Part shown: positions 1 through 11,292 of the stretch, piece by piece | How positions within the stretch are numbered: position 1 is the stretch's first letter | Layout of the letters: each line of letters opens with the position of its first letter | Made by a program: the position numbers and the translations under genes | The notes under the pieces: generated by a model | The model's input: the letters and a program-made list of their open reading frames with translations, nothing else | Told to the model about the DNA's origin: nothing | Databases searched by the model: none | NCBI GenBank assembly: GCA_951406725.2 | Contig: OX597831.1 | Location: forward strand, 56,730,001 to 56,794,000 | DNA length: 64,000 nucleotides | Source: Octopus vulgaris | Taxonomy: Eukaryota | Reading direction: 5' to 3'

Positions 1-699
1 CAGTTTCCGTCTACCAAATCCACTCACAAGGCTTTGGTCAGCCCGAGGCTATAGTAGAAGTCACTTGTCCAAGGTGCCACGCAGTGGGACTGAACCCGGA
101 ACTGTGTGGTTGGTAAACAAGCTACTTACCACACAGCCACTCCTGCGCCTATATTTATTCATATCTCTACATGCATCTGCGTGGGTGGTATGTTTGCTAT
201 TAACTAGGGTGAGGTAGCTCACAAACAGCGATATGTTAGAACCAGTGCAGTATTGTTGGTGCTGTGTAGAGATGTTGTTGATGACGTTGGTGAGAGACAT
301 GATGGTGGCGATGAAGATGGAGGTTGCTGTAATGTGGCCAGTGGTTAAACCTTAGACGGTCTGATATTAACAGGCCCTGAGAGTAGGAGGAGGTGAGTTT
401 ATATAGCTAATGGTAGGCTCAAATGGAGTTTCGAACAGAGTGTCTAATGTGATTTATTTGGAGCCTGCGATTGGTTAAGTTGCATATTGGTGCACAATAG
501 AGTGACAAATTGCACCAATACCAACCAATCAGAGTGGTAGACACAACAGGGTCCAAAACAGCGCCCAAAGGTTATCTGTTACCTGCTATGTTCATATGTA
601 GATATAATAGAGAAAGGAAGTTCACTAGAGTTCGCTACATCCTAATAGTTGTATATTGGTAAAAGAGGCTAACATTTTACAAGAAACCACTAATAAGTA

Positions 700-2100
700 T
701 ATTCAACAGTACTATGGAAGGTCAGCTGGACCAAATTGGCTTGCTATAGCACTGTGAATCTCGTGGCCAAGAATGAAACCACTGAGTTGTTTGAAAACTA
801 TAGGCCCATTACTTGCCTAAATATTATGTACAAACTGTACACAAGCTGTCTCAACTAATCCTTCTCAGATTACTGTAAATCCAACAACATAGTGATTAAT
901 GAGCAGGCAGGTGAAAAGAAAGGAGTGTGGGAATGTGCTGAACAACTGATAAACAAAGCTGTACAGTCTAAGGTTAGAAAATAAATTGTAGGTGTCTTAC
1001 AACAGCCATGGCTGCTGAAGTGTCTTCGTTTGGCAAAAGTGCCTGCTACCTTAACTGCAGCCATTGAGAGGTTCACAAAGACCTCGGCTACTATTCTGTA
1101 ATGACTGTGCGAGATGATGAGGTGATGAAAATGGTGCGAGGTGATGAGAATAGCACTTTAGTACCACATCACATGGCCGATACAATAAAGAGAAATTGAA
1201 AAGTAGAAACAAGTGCCAGAAGGGAAAAGACACAACCACATAGAAATGATTAAGAGAGTATCTATTGATATGTTAACATGTGTGTCTGTTTGTGCGTCAC
1301 ATATACAGAATGATAGACAGGCCGTCATGAGCACAAAATGGTGCGAGGTGATGAGAATGGCACTTTAGTACCACATCACATGGCCGATACAATAAAGAGA
1401 AATTGAAAAGTAGAAACAAGTGCCAGAGCATGGTGGTGGCAAAGAAGGAGGCAGTTGCCATAATGCTGTTGGACAAAGTTGGTGAGTCTCAACGTGGCTG
1501 CTGTAGTAGAGGTGTCTGGTGTTGTTGCTGGAACTGGCTGTGTCTTTGTGGTCAATGGCTATACCTTAAAAGGTCTGGAACCAAAGACCTCAGAACGAGG
1601 AAAAGCTGAGTTTTTATAAGGAGCTGTAGGCTAAAAACAGGGTTGTAAACAGACTGTGTCGCATGATCCCAGGCAAGTTGGTGTGACAGAGTAAGAGACA
1701 AATTTCCCCAATACTAACCAATCAGAGCAGTGAATACAATGGGATCCAAATAGCAGCCAAAGGTTAGCTGTTCCCTGCTACGTTTGAATCGACGTATACA
1801 TAATAAGTGGGGGAGAGGAATTTCACCTGAGTTTACACTATAATCCTCATACTTACAACAGAGAGTGGAATGATCCTCACCAATGCTATAAATATTTCAA
1901 AGGGAATATTCCTTGAAGATAGTCTCCTTGTACTGCTGCCCATTTTGGCTTTGAACCCATTATCATTCCTGCTACAAAAAAGAACATGCTAGGGTCTGCA
2001 ACTGCAAGAGATATTAATGTAACCTATAATTTCTTTGTGGATGAGGTCAAGATTTATGCTAAAAAGGAAAATCCATCCACCACTTTTTGACAGGACAAAG
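700..2100 (+). mobile_element. Decayed R4/Dong-like non-LTR RT remnant, interrupted by other repeats
   Basis: NYRPITCLNIMYKLYTSC at about 797, KGIFLEDSL..L..LALNPLS at about 1900, FVDEVKIYAK at about 2033. Confidence 0.6.
1128..1427. repeat. 93-bp direct repeat pair
   Basis: 1128-1220 equals 1335-1427 with one substitution. Confidence 0.9.
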
Positions 2101-2329
2101 AAATTTCTTTTGCACCTGCTTGGCGAGTGGTGGATCAGACAAGTGAGAATCCTTAGATTTGGTTTCGAATCTCAGCTTGGAAAAAGGAAGTATCAGTTTT
2201 TATCACTGTTTAAAATGATCGTCTGCATGAATTAAAATTCTCTTACATTTTAACATCTCCATTTTTAATAAATTTGTTGAGAGTTTTATGGGATTCTTTT
2301 CCATAAATTCACAACACACTATATATATA

Positions 2330-2450
2330 TACAAATAAGAAAATGGAGAAACACATTAGTTGGCTTATCAGCATTAGGATATTAAGGCAACATTCTAATA
2401 TCCTAAAGCTGATAAACCAACTAATGTGTTTCTCCATTTTCTTATTTGTA
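2330..2450. repeat. Inverted repeat, 55-bp arms, 11-nt loop
   Basis: 2330-2384 pairs with 2396-2450 with two mismatches. Confidence 0.9.
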
Positions 2451-2630
2451 ATATAAATTAATGGTAAAATATTTCTTTACCTTCACCCATTTAATACAAT
2501 AAGTGAGTTTATTGCATTGCAATTAAAAACACTTGTGTATTAATAATTTGGGTAGTATACCAACAGTATATTGGATAAGTATTATCCCTTAGAGGGTTGG
2601 ATCCACAACCCCTAACTTACTTGGTGTTTT

Positions 2631-3602
2631 ATCATCATCATCATTTAACGTCTATTCTCCATGCTAGCATGGGTTGGACGGTTCGACCGGGGATCTGGGA
2701 AGCCAGAGGGCTGCACCAGGCTCCATTCTGATCTGGCAGTGTTTCTACAGCTGGATGCCCTTCCTTATGCCAACCACTCCGTGAGTGTAGTGGGTGCTTT
2801 TTACATGCCAGGCGAAGCTGGCAACAGCCACAATCGGATTGGTGCTTTTTACGTGCCACCAGCATGGAAGCCAGACAAGGTGGCGCTGGCATCGGCCATG
2901 TTCGGAGGGTGCTTATTACGTACCACCAGCACGGAAGCCAGTCTAGGCGGCGCTGGCATCGGCCACGTTCGGATGGTGCTTTTTACATGCCACCAGCACA
3001 GGGATCACAACTGCAGTTTCCATTGATTTTTGCTGTTGGTGTACTTGACTCAATGGATCTCCTCAAGCTCAGGGTCGAAACGGTGTTTCTTTACTTTCCA
3101 CCTGCACAGGAGTCAGTCCAGCGGCCCTGGCAACTGCCGGGTGCCAGTCATAGGATTGGTTCAATTTCGATTCCAATTTCACTTGCCCCAACAGGTCTTC
3201 ACAAGCAGAGTTTAGTGTCCAATGAAGGGAGGTTGGCATGGGTGCCTGTTGTCAGATGAGGTTCAATTTCGACTCAACAGGTCTTCGTGTGTCCAAGGGA
3301 GGAAAGGCATGCATAAGTGGGCTGGCTGGGATGGACCCACTTGTCCTGCCGGGTCTTCTCATGCACAGCATATTTCCAAAGGTCTCGGTCGCTAGTCATT
3401 GCCTCGGTGAGGCCTAAAGTTCGAAGGTTGTGCTTCACCACCTCGTCCCAGGTTTTCCTGGGTTTATCTCTTCCACGGGTTCCCTCAACTGCTAGGGATT
3501 GGCACTTTTTCACACACCTATCTTCATCCATTCTCGCCACATGACCATACCAGCGCAATCGTCTCTCTTGCACACCACAGCTGATGCTTCTTAGGTCCAA
3601 CA
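2631..3602 (-). mobile_element. 5'-truncated RTE LINE copy (C-terminus + 3' UTR)
   Basis: ORF 3274..3603 RLRWYGHV...KTWDEVV. Same 3' UTR and (GAT)n tail as 5492-9150. Confidence 0.92.
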
Positions 3603-4139
3603 TATATATATATATATATGACGGGCTTCTTCCAGTTTCCGTTTGCTAACTCCACTCACAATGCTTTGATCGGCCCGAGGCTATAGTAGAAAACACTTGC
3701 CCAACCTGCTATGCAGTGGGACAGAACCTCAAACCATGTGGTTGGGAAGCAACCCTCCATACCCGCACCTATTAGTGTATTGTAGATCTGGGTTACAGTT
3801 TTGATTTTTTATTATTTCACTTCTCTTTAACATAAACAGAACTAAAATGGCTTAGCTGTTTCAAAAAGAAAAAGAAATATAGGTAAAACAATGAATAGAA
3901 ACACATTTTAGTTAGCCATCTACTGAAATTTTACATGAATAGCACGGAGACACCATCTAAATATCAAACCACCAATCATATAGCATCTTAACATATTTAC
4001 AAAAATGTAGTTAAGAAATAATTGCCAAGTAAAGAAATAAATATTTTAACTCGAAATATTCATTGAATATTAGTTTGTAAGACGGAACTAAATTTACTGA
4101 AAATTAAATACGAAAACAATTATATTTACATTATCAACA

Positions 4140-4149
4140 AAGATGGCGC
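4140..4149 (+). promoter_or_regulatory. YY1/TISU-like motif AAGATGGCGC near the presumed GTF2F1 transcription start
   Basis: Near-consensus AAGATGGCG about 90 nt upstream of the start codon, in a small CpG cluster. Confidence 0.55.
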
Positions 4150-4231
4150 GCGGGTCGTTTTGTTGATGTTCGTTTGGCTGAACAACTTCTTCAATTTTGA
4201 TCTTTTCTGTGTGTTTGTTGAAGTTTTGAAA

Positions 4232-4246
4232 ATGGCAAGTAATCCG
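4232..4246 (+). CDS. GTF2F1: GTF2F1 exon 1 (MASNP)
   Basis: aaATGG start context followed by CCG|gtaaga donor. Phase 0 fits exon 2. Lies just downstream of a CpG-containing YY1-like motif. Confidence 0.75.
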
Positions 4247-7200
4247 GTAAGAGATTAAGATATCTGTTATATATTTCACTTATTCTTTAATTTGTGCAAA
4301 GCTCCTATTTAATGCATTATGTGCATATATTTATATAATTTTCACATCTGATTTACATTGTAATTTTGTTAACGCTATTGTTCTTTTACATTACATTGGA
4401 ATTATAGGTTATTGCTACACTATGTACGAAATTTAAAATATGTTATCATTTTTGTTTGTTTTTATTCCGCTATGGCAGATTTTGCCCTTCATCGTTTCCG
4501 GTTCGATAAAAATAAAAGAACCATCCCAGTACTGGGTTCGATATTGCTGGCCTTGTGCCAAAATTAGAAAGAGTTACTATTATCTGATTCCGTTCCAAAT
4601 CGCAAATCTTTAGATTATCTTTGCTTATTTGTTTTCTGGGATGATACTCAAGAAAATGGATATATAATAATGGAGCGGTAAACAATCATGTGTTATGAGA
4701 CTCAAAATCTCCCACGGCCATAAATATCCATGAATTATAAATCGGGACTTGTTTTACAAGATCTTACCATTCTCTCGCCGTGAAAACTTTTAACTTGCGG
4801 ACCAAACGTACTTCCATTTTGAATTAAAGAAGAAAGAAACTATTTTTTATTGTGCATTGTGAATACTACTTCTTTTATTAATAAATATATGTATATATAT
4901 AATGAAAAATAAAGGCAAGACTTCTTTTTGTACCCTCCCAAAAACACCACTTTTTTTTTTATTTAATTTTTTTTTTCTACACAGAATACGAATCTGCAAA
5001 AAAATTAGAAAACATCGGCACTCTGAAATTACTCCCGCCCCTAAATTCTTCATTTTTTACTTTTTACAGAATTTTTCCTTTTCTTCAAAATATGCAGAAA
5101 GATACGGAGATTATGATTCTGAAAAAATTTCCAAAAATTTTTGTAATTTTTTTTTCACTTTTTTTTTTGTCAAAATATGCGGAAAAATACGATTATGATT
5201 CTGAAACAAATTTCCAAAAATTTTTCTACTTAGGGTTAGGGTTACAGAAAAAAGTGAAAAATGGAGAAATTTGAGGGGTGGGGGGCAAAAATTCAAAATT
5301 CCGATTTTTTGCAATTTTCCTGAATCTCCCGTATCCAAAAACGTGGGATTTGGGCAAAAAAACCCAGTAATTAGCGAGAAAATGGGTGGGGGGAAGGGAG
5401 GAAGTCTTTCCAAAATAAATATTTAAGGTTATGAAAAGGAAATCTGTTATTTATGTTTTTTGTTTTAATTTCGGTTTCAGTGTTTTCCATACATCATCAT
5501 CAACATCGTCGTTTAGCGTCCGTTTTCCATGCTAGCATGGGTTGGACGGTTCTACTGGGGTCTGTGAAGCCAGAAGGCTTCATCAGGCCCAGTCAAATCT
5601 GGCAGTGTTTCTACGGCTGGATGCCCTTCCTAACGCCAACCACTCCGTGAGTGTAGTGGGTGCTTTTTACGTGCCACCCGCACAGGTGCCAGACAGAGCT
5701 GGCAAACGGCCACGAACGGATGGTGCTTTTTATGTGCCACCGGCACAAGGCCAGGCGAGGCTGGCAACGGACACGAAACGGGGCGGTGCTGGCAACGGTC
5801 GCGAAACGGAAGGTTCTCTTACATGCCACCGGCACTGGTAACACATCTGCAATTTCCATTGATCGATTTCCATTCTGATCCTCACTTGCCTCAACGGGTC
5901 TTCACAAGTAGAGTTTCGACATGCCACCGGCACTGGTAACACATCTGCAATTTCCATTGATCGATTTCCATTTCTGATCCTCACTTGCCTCAACAGGTCT
6001 TCACAAGTAGAGTTTTGTGTCCCAAGAAGGGAAGGTATGCATACGTAGGCTGGCTCCATCCCAAGTAGAAGGCCATGGGTTATGGACTCACTTGTCCTGC
6101 CGGGTCTTCTCGCGCACAGCACACTTCCAGAGGACTCGGTCTCTAGTCATTTCCTCAGTGAGACCTAAAGTTCGAAGGTCGTGCTTCACCACCTCCTCCC
6201 AGGTTTTCCTGGGTCTGCCTCTTCCACAGGTTCCCTCAACCGCTAGGGTGTGGCACTTTTTCACACAACTATCTTCATCCATTCTCGCCACATGACCATA
6301 CCAGCGCAATCGTCTCTCTTGCACACCACAACTGATGCTTCTTAGGTCCAGCTTTTCTCTCAAGGTACTTACACTGTCGATTATGAACACTGACATTACA
6401 CATCCATCGGAGCATACTGGCTTCATTTCTTGCGAGCTTACGCATATCCTCAGCAGTCACGGCCCATGTTTCACTGCCATGTAGCATGGCTGTTCGTACA
6501 CACGCATCATACAGTCTGCCTTTCACTCTGTGCCAGAGGCCTTTTGTCACCAGCAGAGGTAAGAGCTCTCTGAACTTTGCCCAAGCTATTCTTACTCTAG
6601 CAGTTACACTTTCAGCACACCCGCCTCCGCTGCTGACTTGGTCACCTAGGTAACGGAAACTATCAACTATTTCTAGTTTTTCTCCCTGGAAAGTGACGGA
6701 AGTTGGTCTCAGAGCATTTTCAGTGTTTATTGTTCCTGAGCATCTGCCACATACAAAAACCATCTTCCTAGTTAGCCTTCCTTTGACATTGCTGCACCTC
6801 TTATGTGTCCATAGCTTACACTTGGTGCATCTTATAGAGTTTCTACCTACACCTTTTCTACAGATCGAGCAGGGCCATCTACCTGAAGGCGTTTGTGATT
6901 TGTCTACCTTCCTACTGATTACGACTTTGGTTTTAGCTAGATTGACTCTGAGGCCCTTCGATTCTAATCCTTGTTTCCACACCTGAAACTTCTCCTCCAG
7001 TTCTGATAGCGACTCAGCAATTAGAGCAAGGTCATCAGCATAGAGGAGCTCCCAAGGGCATCCTTTCTTGAATTCCTCCGTTATTGCCTGGAGGACTATG
7101 ATAAATAGGAGGGGGCTGAGTACTGAGCCTTGGTGGACCCCTACCTCTACCCGGAATTCTTCACTGTACTCGTTTCCAACCCTCACCCTACTAGCAGCGT

Positions 7201-10200
7201 CCCTATACATGGCCCGCACAGCTCTCACTAACCATTCATCTATCCCTAGTTTCCTCATTGCCCACCAGATAAGGGATCGGGGGACCCTGTCGAAGGCTTT
7301 CTCCATGTCAACAAAAGCCAGGTACAGGGGCTTATCTTTGGCTAGGTATTTCTCCTGCAGCTGCCTTACCAGGAATATAGCATCAGTAGTACTTTTCCCT
7401 GGCACAAACCCAAACTGCATCTCATCTAAACTAACTCTCTCTCTAATTAGTTGGGCTATGACCCTCTCCGTAATCTTCATCACCTGATCCAACAGCTTGA
7501 TACCTCTGTAGTTATTTGTATCTAGGGCGTCACCTTTACCTTTGTAGCAGTTGACTATTATGCTGCTACACCAGTCATTGGGTATGACTCCTTTGTGTAT
7601 CACCTGATTAACTATAAGGGTGACTAGGCTATAGCCAACACTACCAGACATTTTGAGCATCTCTGCAGTGATTCCTGATGGGCCTGGGGCTTTTCCTGTC
7701 TTCATGCTTCTAATTGCCTTAGCTACCACGGAACTATCAACTCGGATAGCTGGTCCCTCTGTTGGGTCAACATTCGGCAGACTCTCTTTATCCCATTCAT
7801 TTTCTTTATTCAGCAAACTTTCATAGTGGCATCTCCAAACCTCTCTCTTTGCATCCTCATTTAGCGCAAGTGAACCATCTTCCATGCGAACACACTTCTC
7901 TCCTACCACATCACGATTCTCTCTCACACACTGTCTTGCAACGCGAAACACCTCCAGTCTTTGGTCCTCACGGCGCAGAACATTGGCAAATTTTTTCTTA
8001 TCTGCTTCCCCTCTGGCTAAATAAACCTGTCTCCTAGCTTCTCTTTTGGCAGTCTGATATAATTCCCTGCTACCCCCATTTTTTCCAGACCTTCCAAGCC
8101 TGTCTCTTTTCTCTAATAGCCCTGTCTACAATATTGTTCCACCACCACGTTATTCTAGGTCGAGAGGGGACTTTGCACCAGCCACAGATCTGGTCAGTGG
8201 CTCTCAGCAGGTTGTCCCTTAGAAACGTCCAGCTGTCTTCTACCCCCTGTGATGCTCTATCCCCTTCTACTTCGTCAGAGGTTTCAAGTAATATGTCTCT
8301 AAATCTCTGTCCATTTGCAGGATCTTTAAGCTTCCAGATCCTTCTTCTCCATATTGGTCGTCTTCTGGTTGTCCTCCTAGTCCTGATCCTAAAGTCACTA
8401 ACTACCAGTCTATGTTGTGGGGTACATTCTTCACCTGGGAAGGTTTTGGCATTTATAAGCAGCCATCTCTCCCTTTGCCTTGCAAGGATGTAGTCAATTT
8501 GGCTGGTATGTTGGCCCGATCGGTAAGTGACTAGGTGGCTGGTAGGTTTCCTGAAGTTAGTGTTGCAAATCATAAGATTATTTGCATCGCAGAACTCCAG
8601 CAGCCTGGTTCCCTCCTCGTTTCGGGAGCCATAGCCATAGCCTCCATGTACGCCATGGAAGCCCCCAGCATGTCGTCCAACGTGACCATTGAAGTCACCA
8701 GCCACAAAGATAAGGTCTCTGTCGTTCGTCAACGAGGTAGTCTGCAGTAGAGTGTCATAGAATCGGTCTTTCTGTCCATCGGGTAGCCCCGACTGAGGAG
8801 CATAGGCTGATATAATGGTTGCTAAACTATGATGAAGCACTAATCTAATCTTAAGTATTCTGTCACATACTCTGATTACCTCAATTACTTTATCTACCCA
8901 TTTCTCAGCGATAAGTATACCCACGCCACCAACCCCGTCAGTGTTCCCTGCCCAGAAAATCTTGTACCTGCGTTCCTTGCCTGTGAGGAACCTAGCTGAT
9001 CCTCCTCTCCACCTTATTTCTTGCATGCAACATATATCCACACATCTCCGTTCAAGCATCTCGACTATCTCACCAGACCTACCTTTCAGAGTGCCAACGT
9101 TGAGGGTGCCAACCCTGAGGGTGTGGGAGGCATGGGCTCTAGAGAGCCCATACCTCCATACATTTTTAAAGTGTTTTTCATAACTTCCCAAACAGAAAAA
9201 TTAAATTCTCTAGTAATGCACTGGTATCGGATCAGTCAACTATACATAGCCTTTTTTTGTTCTGATTGGCAGAACACCGCAAAGTTCTCAACGATCTGAG
9301 TCCACGACTTAGTTCCTTCTTATTCTCAATGGTTGCTGCTTAAGTTACACAATAAATGTCCTTGTTGCAGTTCTTATTTGAGTTTTTGTTGGCATGAAGC
9401 TGATGATAAAGTTCCCTCTGGAGAGAATGTTTACCGTCTCTGAAAGGTCATAAAGTCCCAACATTTCACACCCCATTGCATCTTTTCTTTTACTTGTTTC
9501 TGTCAGTAGACTGCGGCTGTGTTGGGACACTGCCTTGGAGAATTTTTTAGTTGAATGAATTGACCCCAATATTTATCTTTTTAACCCTTTCATTACTGTA
9601 TTTCTTTTGAGATGCTCTGTGTTTCATTCAATTAATTTTAAATATAACAAAAAATTTAGTAAAATAACTTAGTTATCATTCAGCTAGTGTTAGGAACATA
9701 AATTGTAACTAAGGTTTGGTGGAAGATTTTAATTCAAAGCTTATGAAAACAAGACATTTGTACTACAGAGCCAGATTCAGCCAGGTTGGTAACGAAAGGG
9801 TTAAGCTTAGGCGGCACTGGCTTCGGCCACAATTCGGATGGTATTTTTTACGTGCCACGGACACAGAAGCCAGTCGAGGCGGCGCTGGCATCGGCCACGA
9901 TTCGGATAGTGCCTTTTTACGTATCTCCAGTCCAGGGGTCCTGGCATCTGCCGGGTGCCAGTCATAGGATTGGTTCAATTTCGATTCCGATTTCCCCAAT
10001 AGGTCTTCGCAAGCAAAGGGGGGTTGGCATAGGTGCCTGTCGTCGGATGAGGTTCGATATCAACTTCGCTTGCCCCAACAGGTCTTTGTGTGTCCAAGGG
10101 AGGAAAGGCATGCATAAGTGGGCTGGACTCACTTGTCCTGCCTGGTCTTTTCATGCACAGCATATTTCCAAAGGTCTCACTCACTGGTCATTTCCTCAGT

Positions 10201-11251
10201 GAGACCTAAAGTTCGAAGGTCGTGCTTCACCACCTCATCCCAAGTTTTCCTGGGTCTACCTCTTCCATGGGTTCCCTCCACTGCTAGGGATTGGCACTTT
10301 TTCACACACCTATCTTCAACCATTCTCGCCACATGACTATACCAGCGCAGTCGTCTCTCTTGCACACCACAACTGATGCTCCTTAGGTCCAACATTTCTC
10401 TCAGGGTACTAACGCTCTGTCGAGCATGCACACTGACATTACACATCCATCGGAGCATACTGGCTTCATTTCTCGCGAGCTTACGCATGTCCTCAGCAGT
10501 CACGGCCCATGTTTCACTGCCATGTAGCATGGCTGTTCGTACACATGCATCATACAGTCTGCCTTTTACTCTGAGTGAGAGGCCTTTAGTCACCAGCAGA
10601 GGTAAGAGCTCTCTAAACTTTGCCCAGGCTATTCTTACTCTAGCCGTTACACTTTCAGCACCCCCACCCCCACAACTGACTTGGTCACCAAGATAACAGA
10701 AGCTATCAACTACTTCTAGTTTTTTCCCTGGAAAGTGACGGAAGTTGTTTTCTGCAGATTTTCAGAGGTTAATGCTCCCGAGCATCTGCCACATACAAAA
10801 ACCATCTTCCTAGTTAGCCTTCCTTTGACATTGCTGCACCTCTTATGTGTCCATAGCTTACACTTGGTGCATCTTATATATATATATATATTTATGTATG
10901 TATATATATATATATATTTATGTATATATATATATATATTTATGTATGTATATATATATTTATGTATGTATATATATATATAATTATGTATGTATATATT
11001 TATGTATGTATATATATATATATTGAATCAGAGGCAGCTGAAGAAGGGGAATGTTTCTTGTGTTGTATGTCTTGTACTCTGTTTTTTCGTTGTTTAAAAA
11101 AATGTGTTTCCTTGGTTTTGGTTTTATGTTTTCGTTTCTTAATGTGTTCGACGTCTTTTTGGTGTCCTGTACCCATATATGCATGTATATATACATATAG
11201 ATGTAGGTACGTACATATATGTATGTGTATATGTTTTATTTATTATTTTGT

Positions 11252-11292
<41 letters not shown>

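Noticed and set aside
2661-3259. Recurrent ORFs such as [12 protein letters not shown] / [13 protein letters not shown] (also 5542, 15064, 18102, 21771, 22131) resembling a small gene family
   Set aside because: They are antisense readings of the RTE 3' UTR. Frames and stops are not conserved between copies.
5230-5244. TTAGGG repeats as a telomere or chromosome fusion site
   Set aside because: Only 2-6 units, each embedded in a TIR-bounded repeat.
5655-5835. Repeat-spacer-like pattern resembling a CRISPR array
   Set aside because: Spacers are homologous to each other, the array sits inside a LINE 3' UTR in a spliced eukaryotic locus, and no cas genes are present.
6693-9183. Several plus-strand ORFs of 80-140 aa overlapping the RTE
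   Set aside because: Antisense shadows of the RTE coding frame with no independent motifs.
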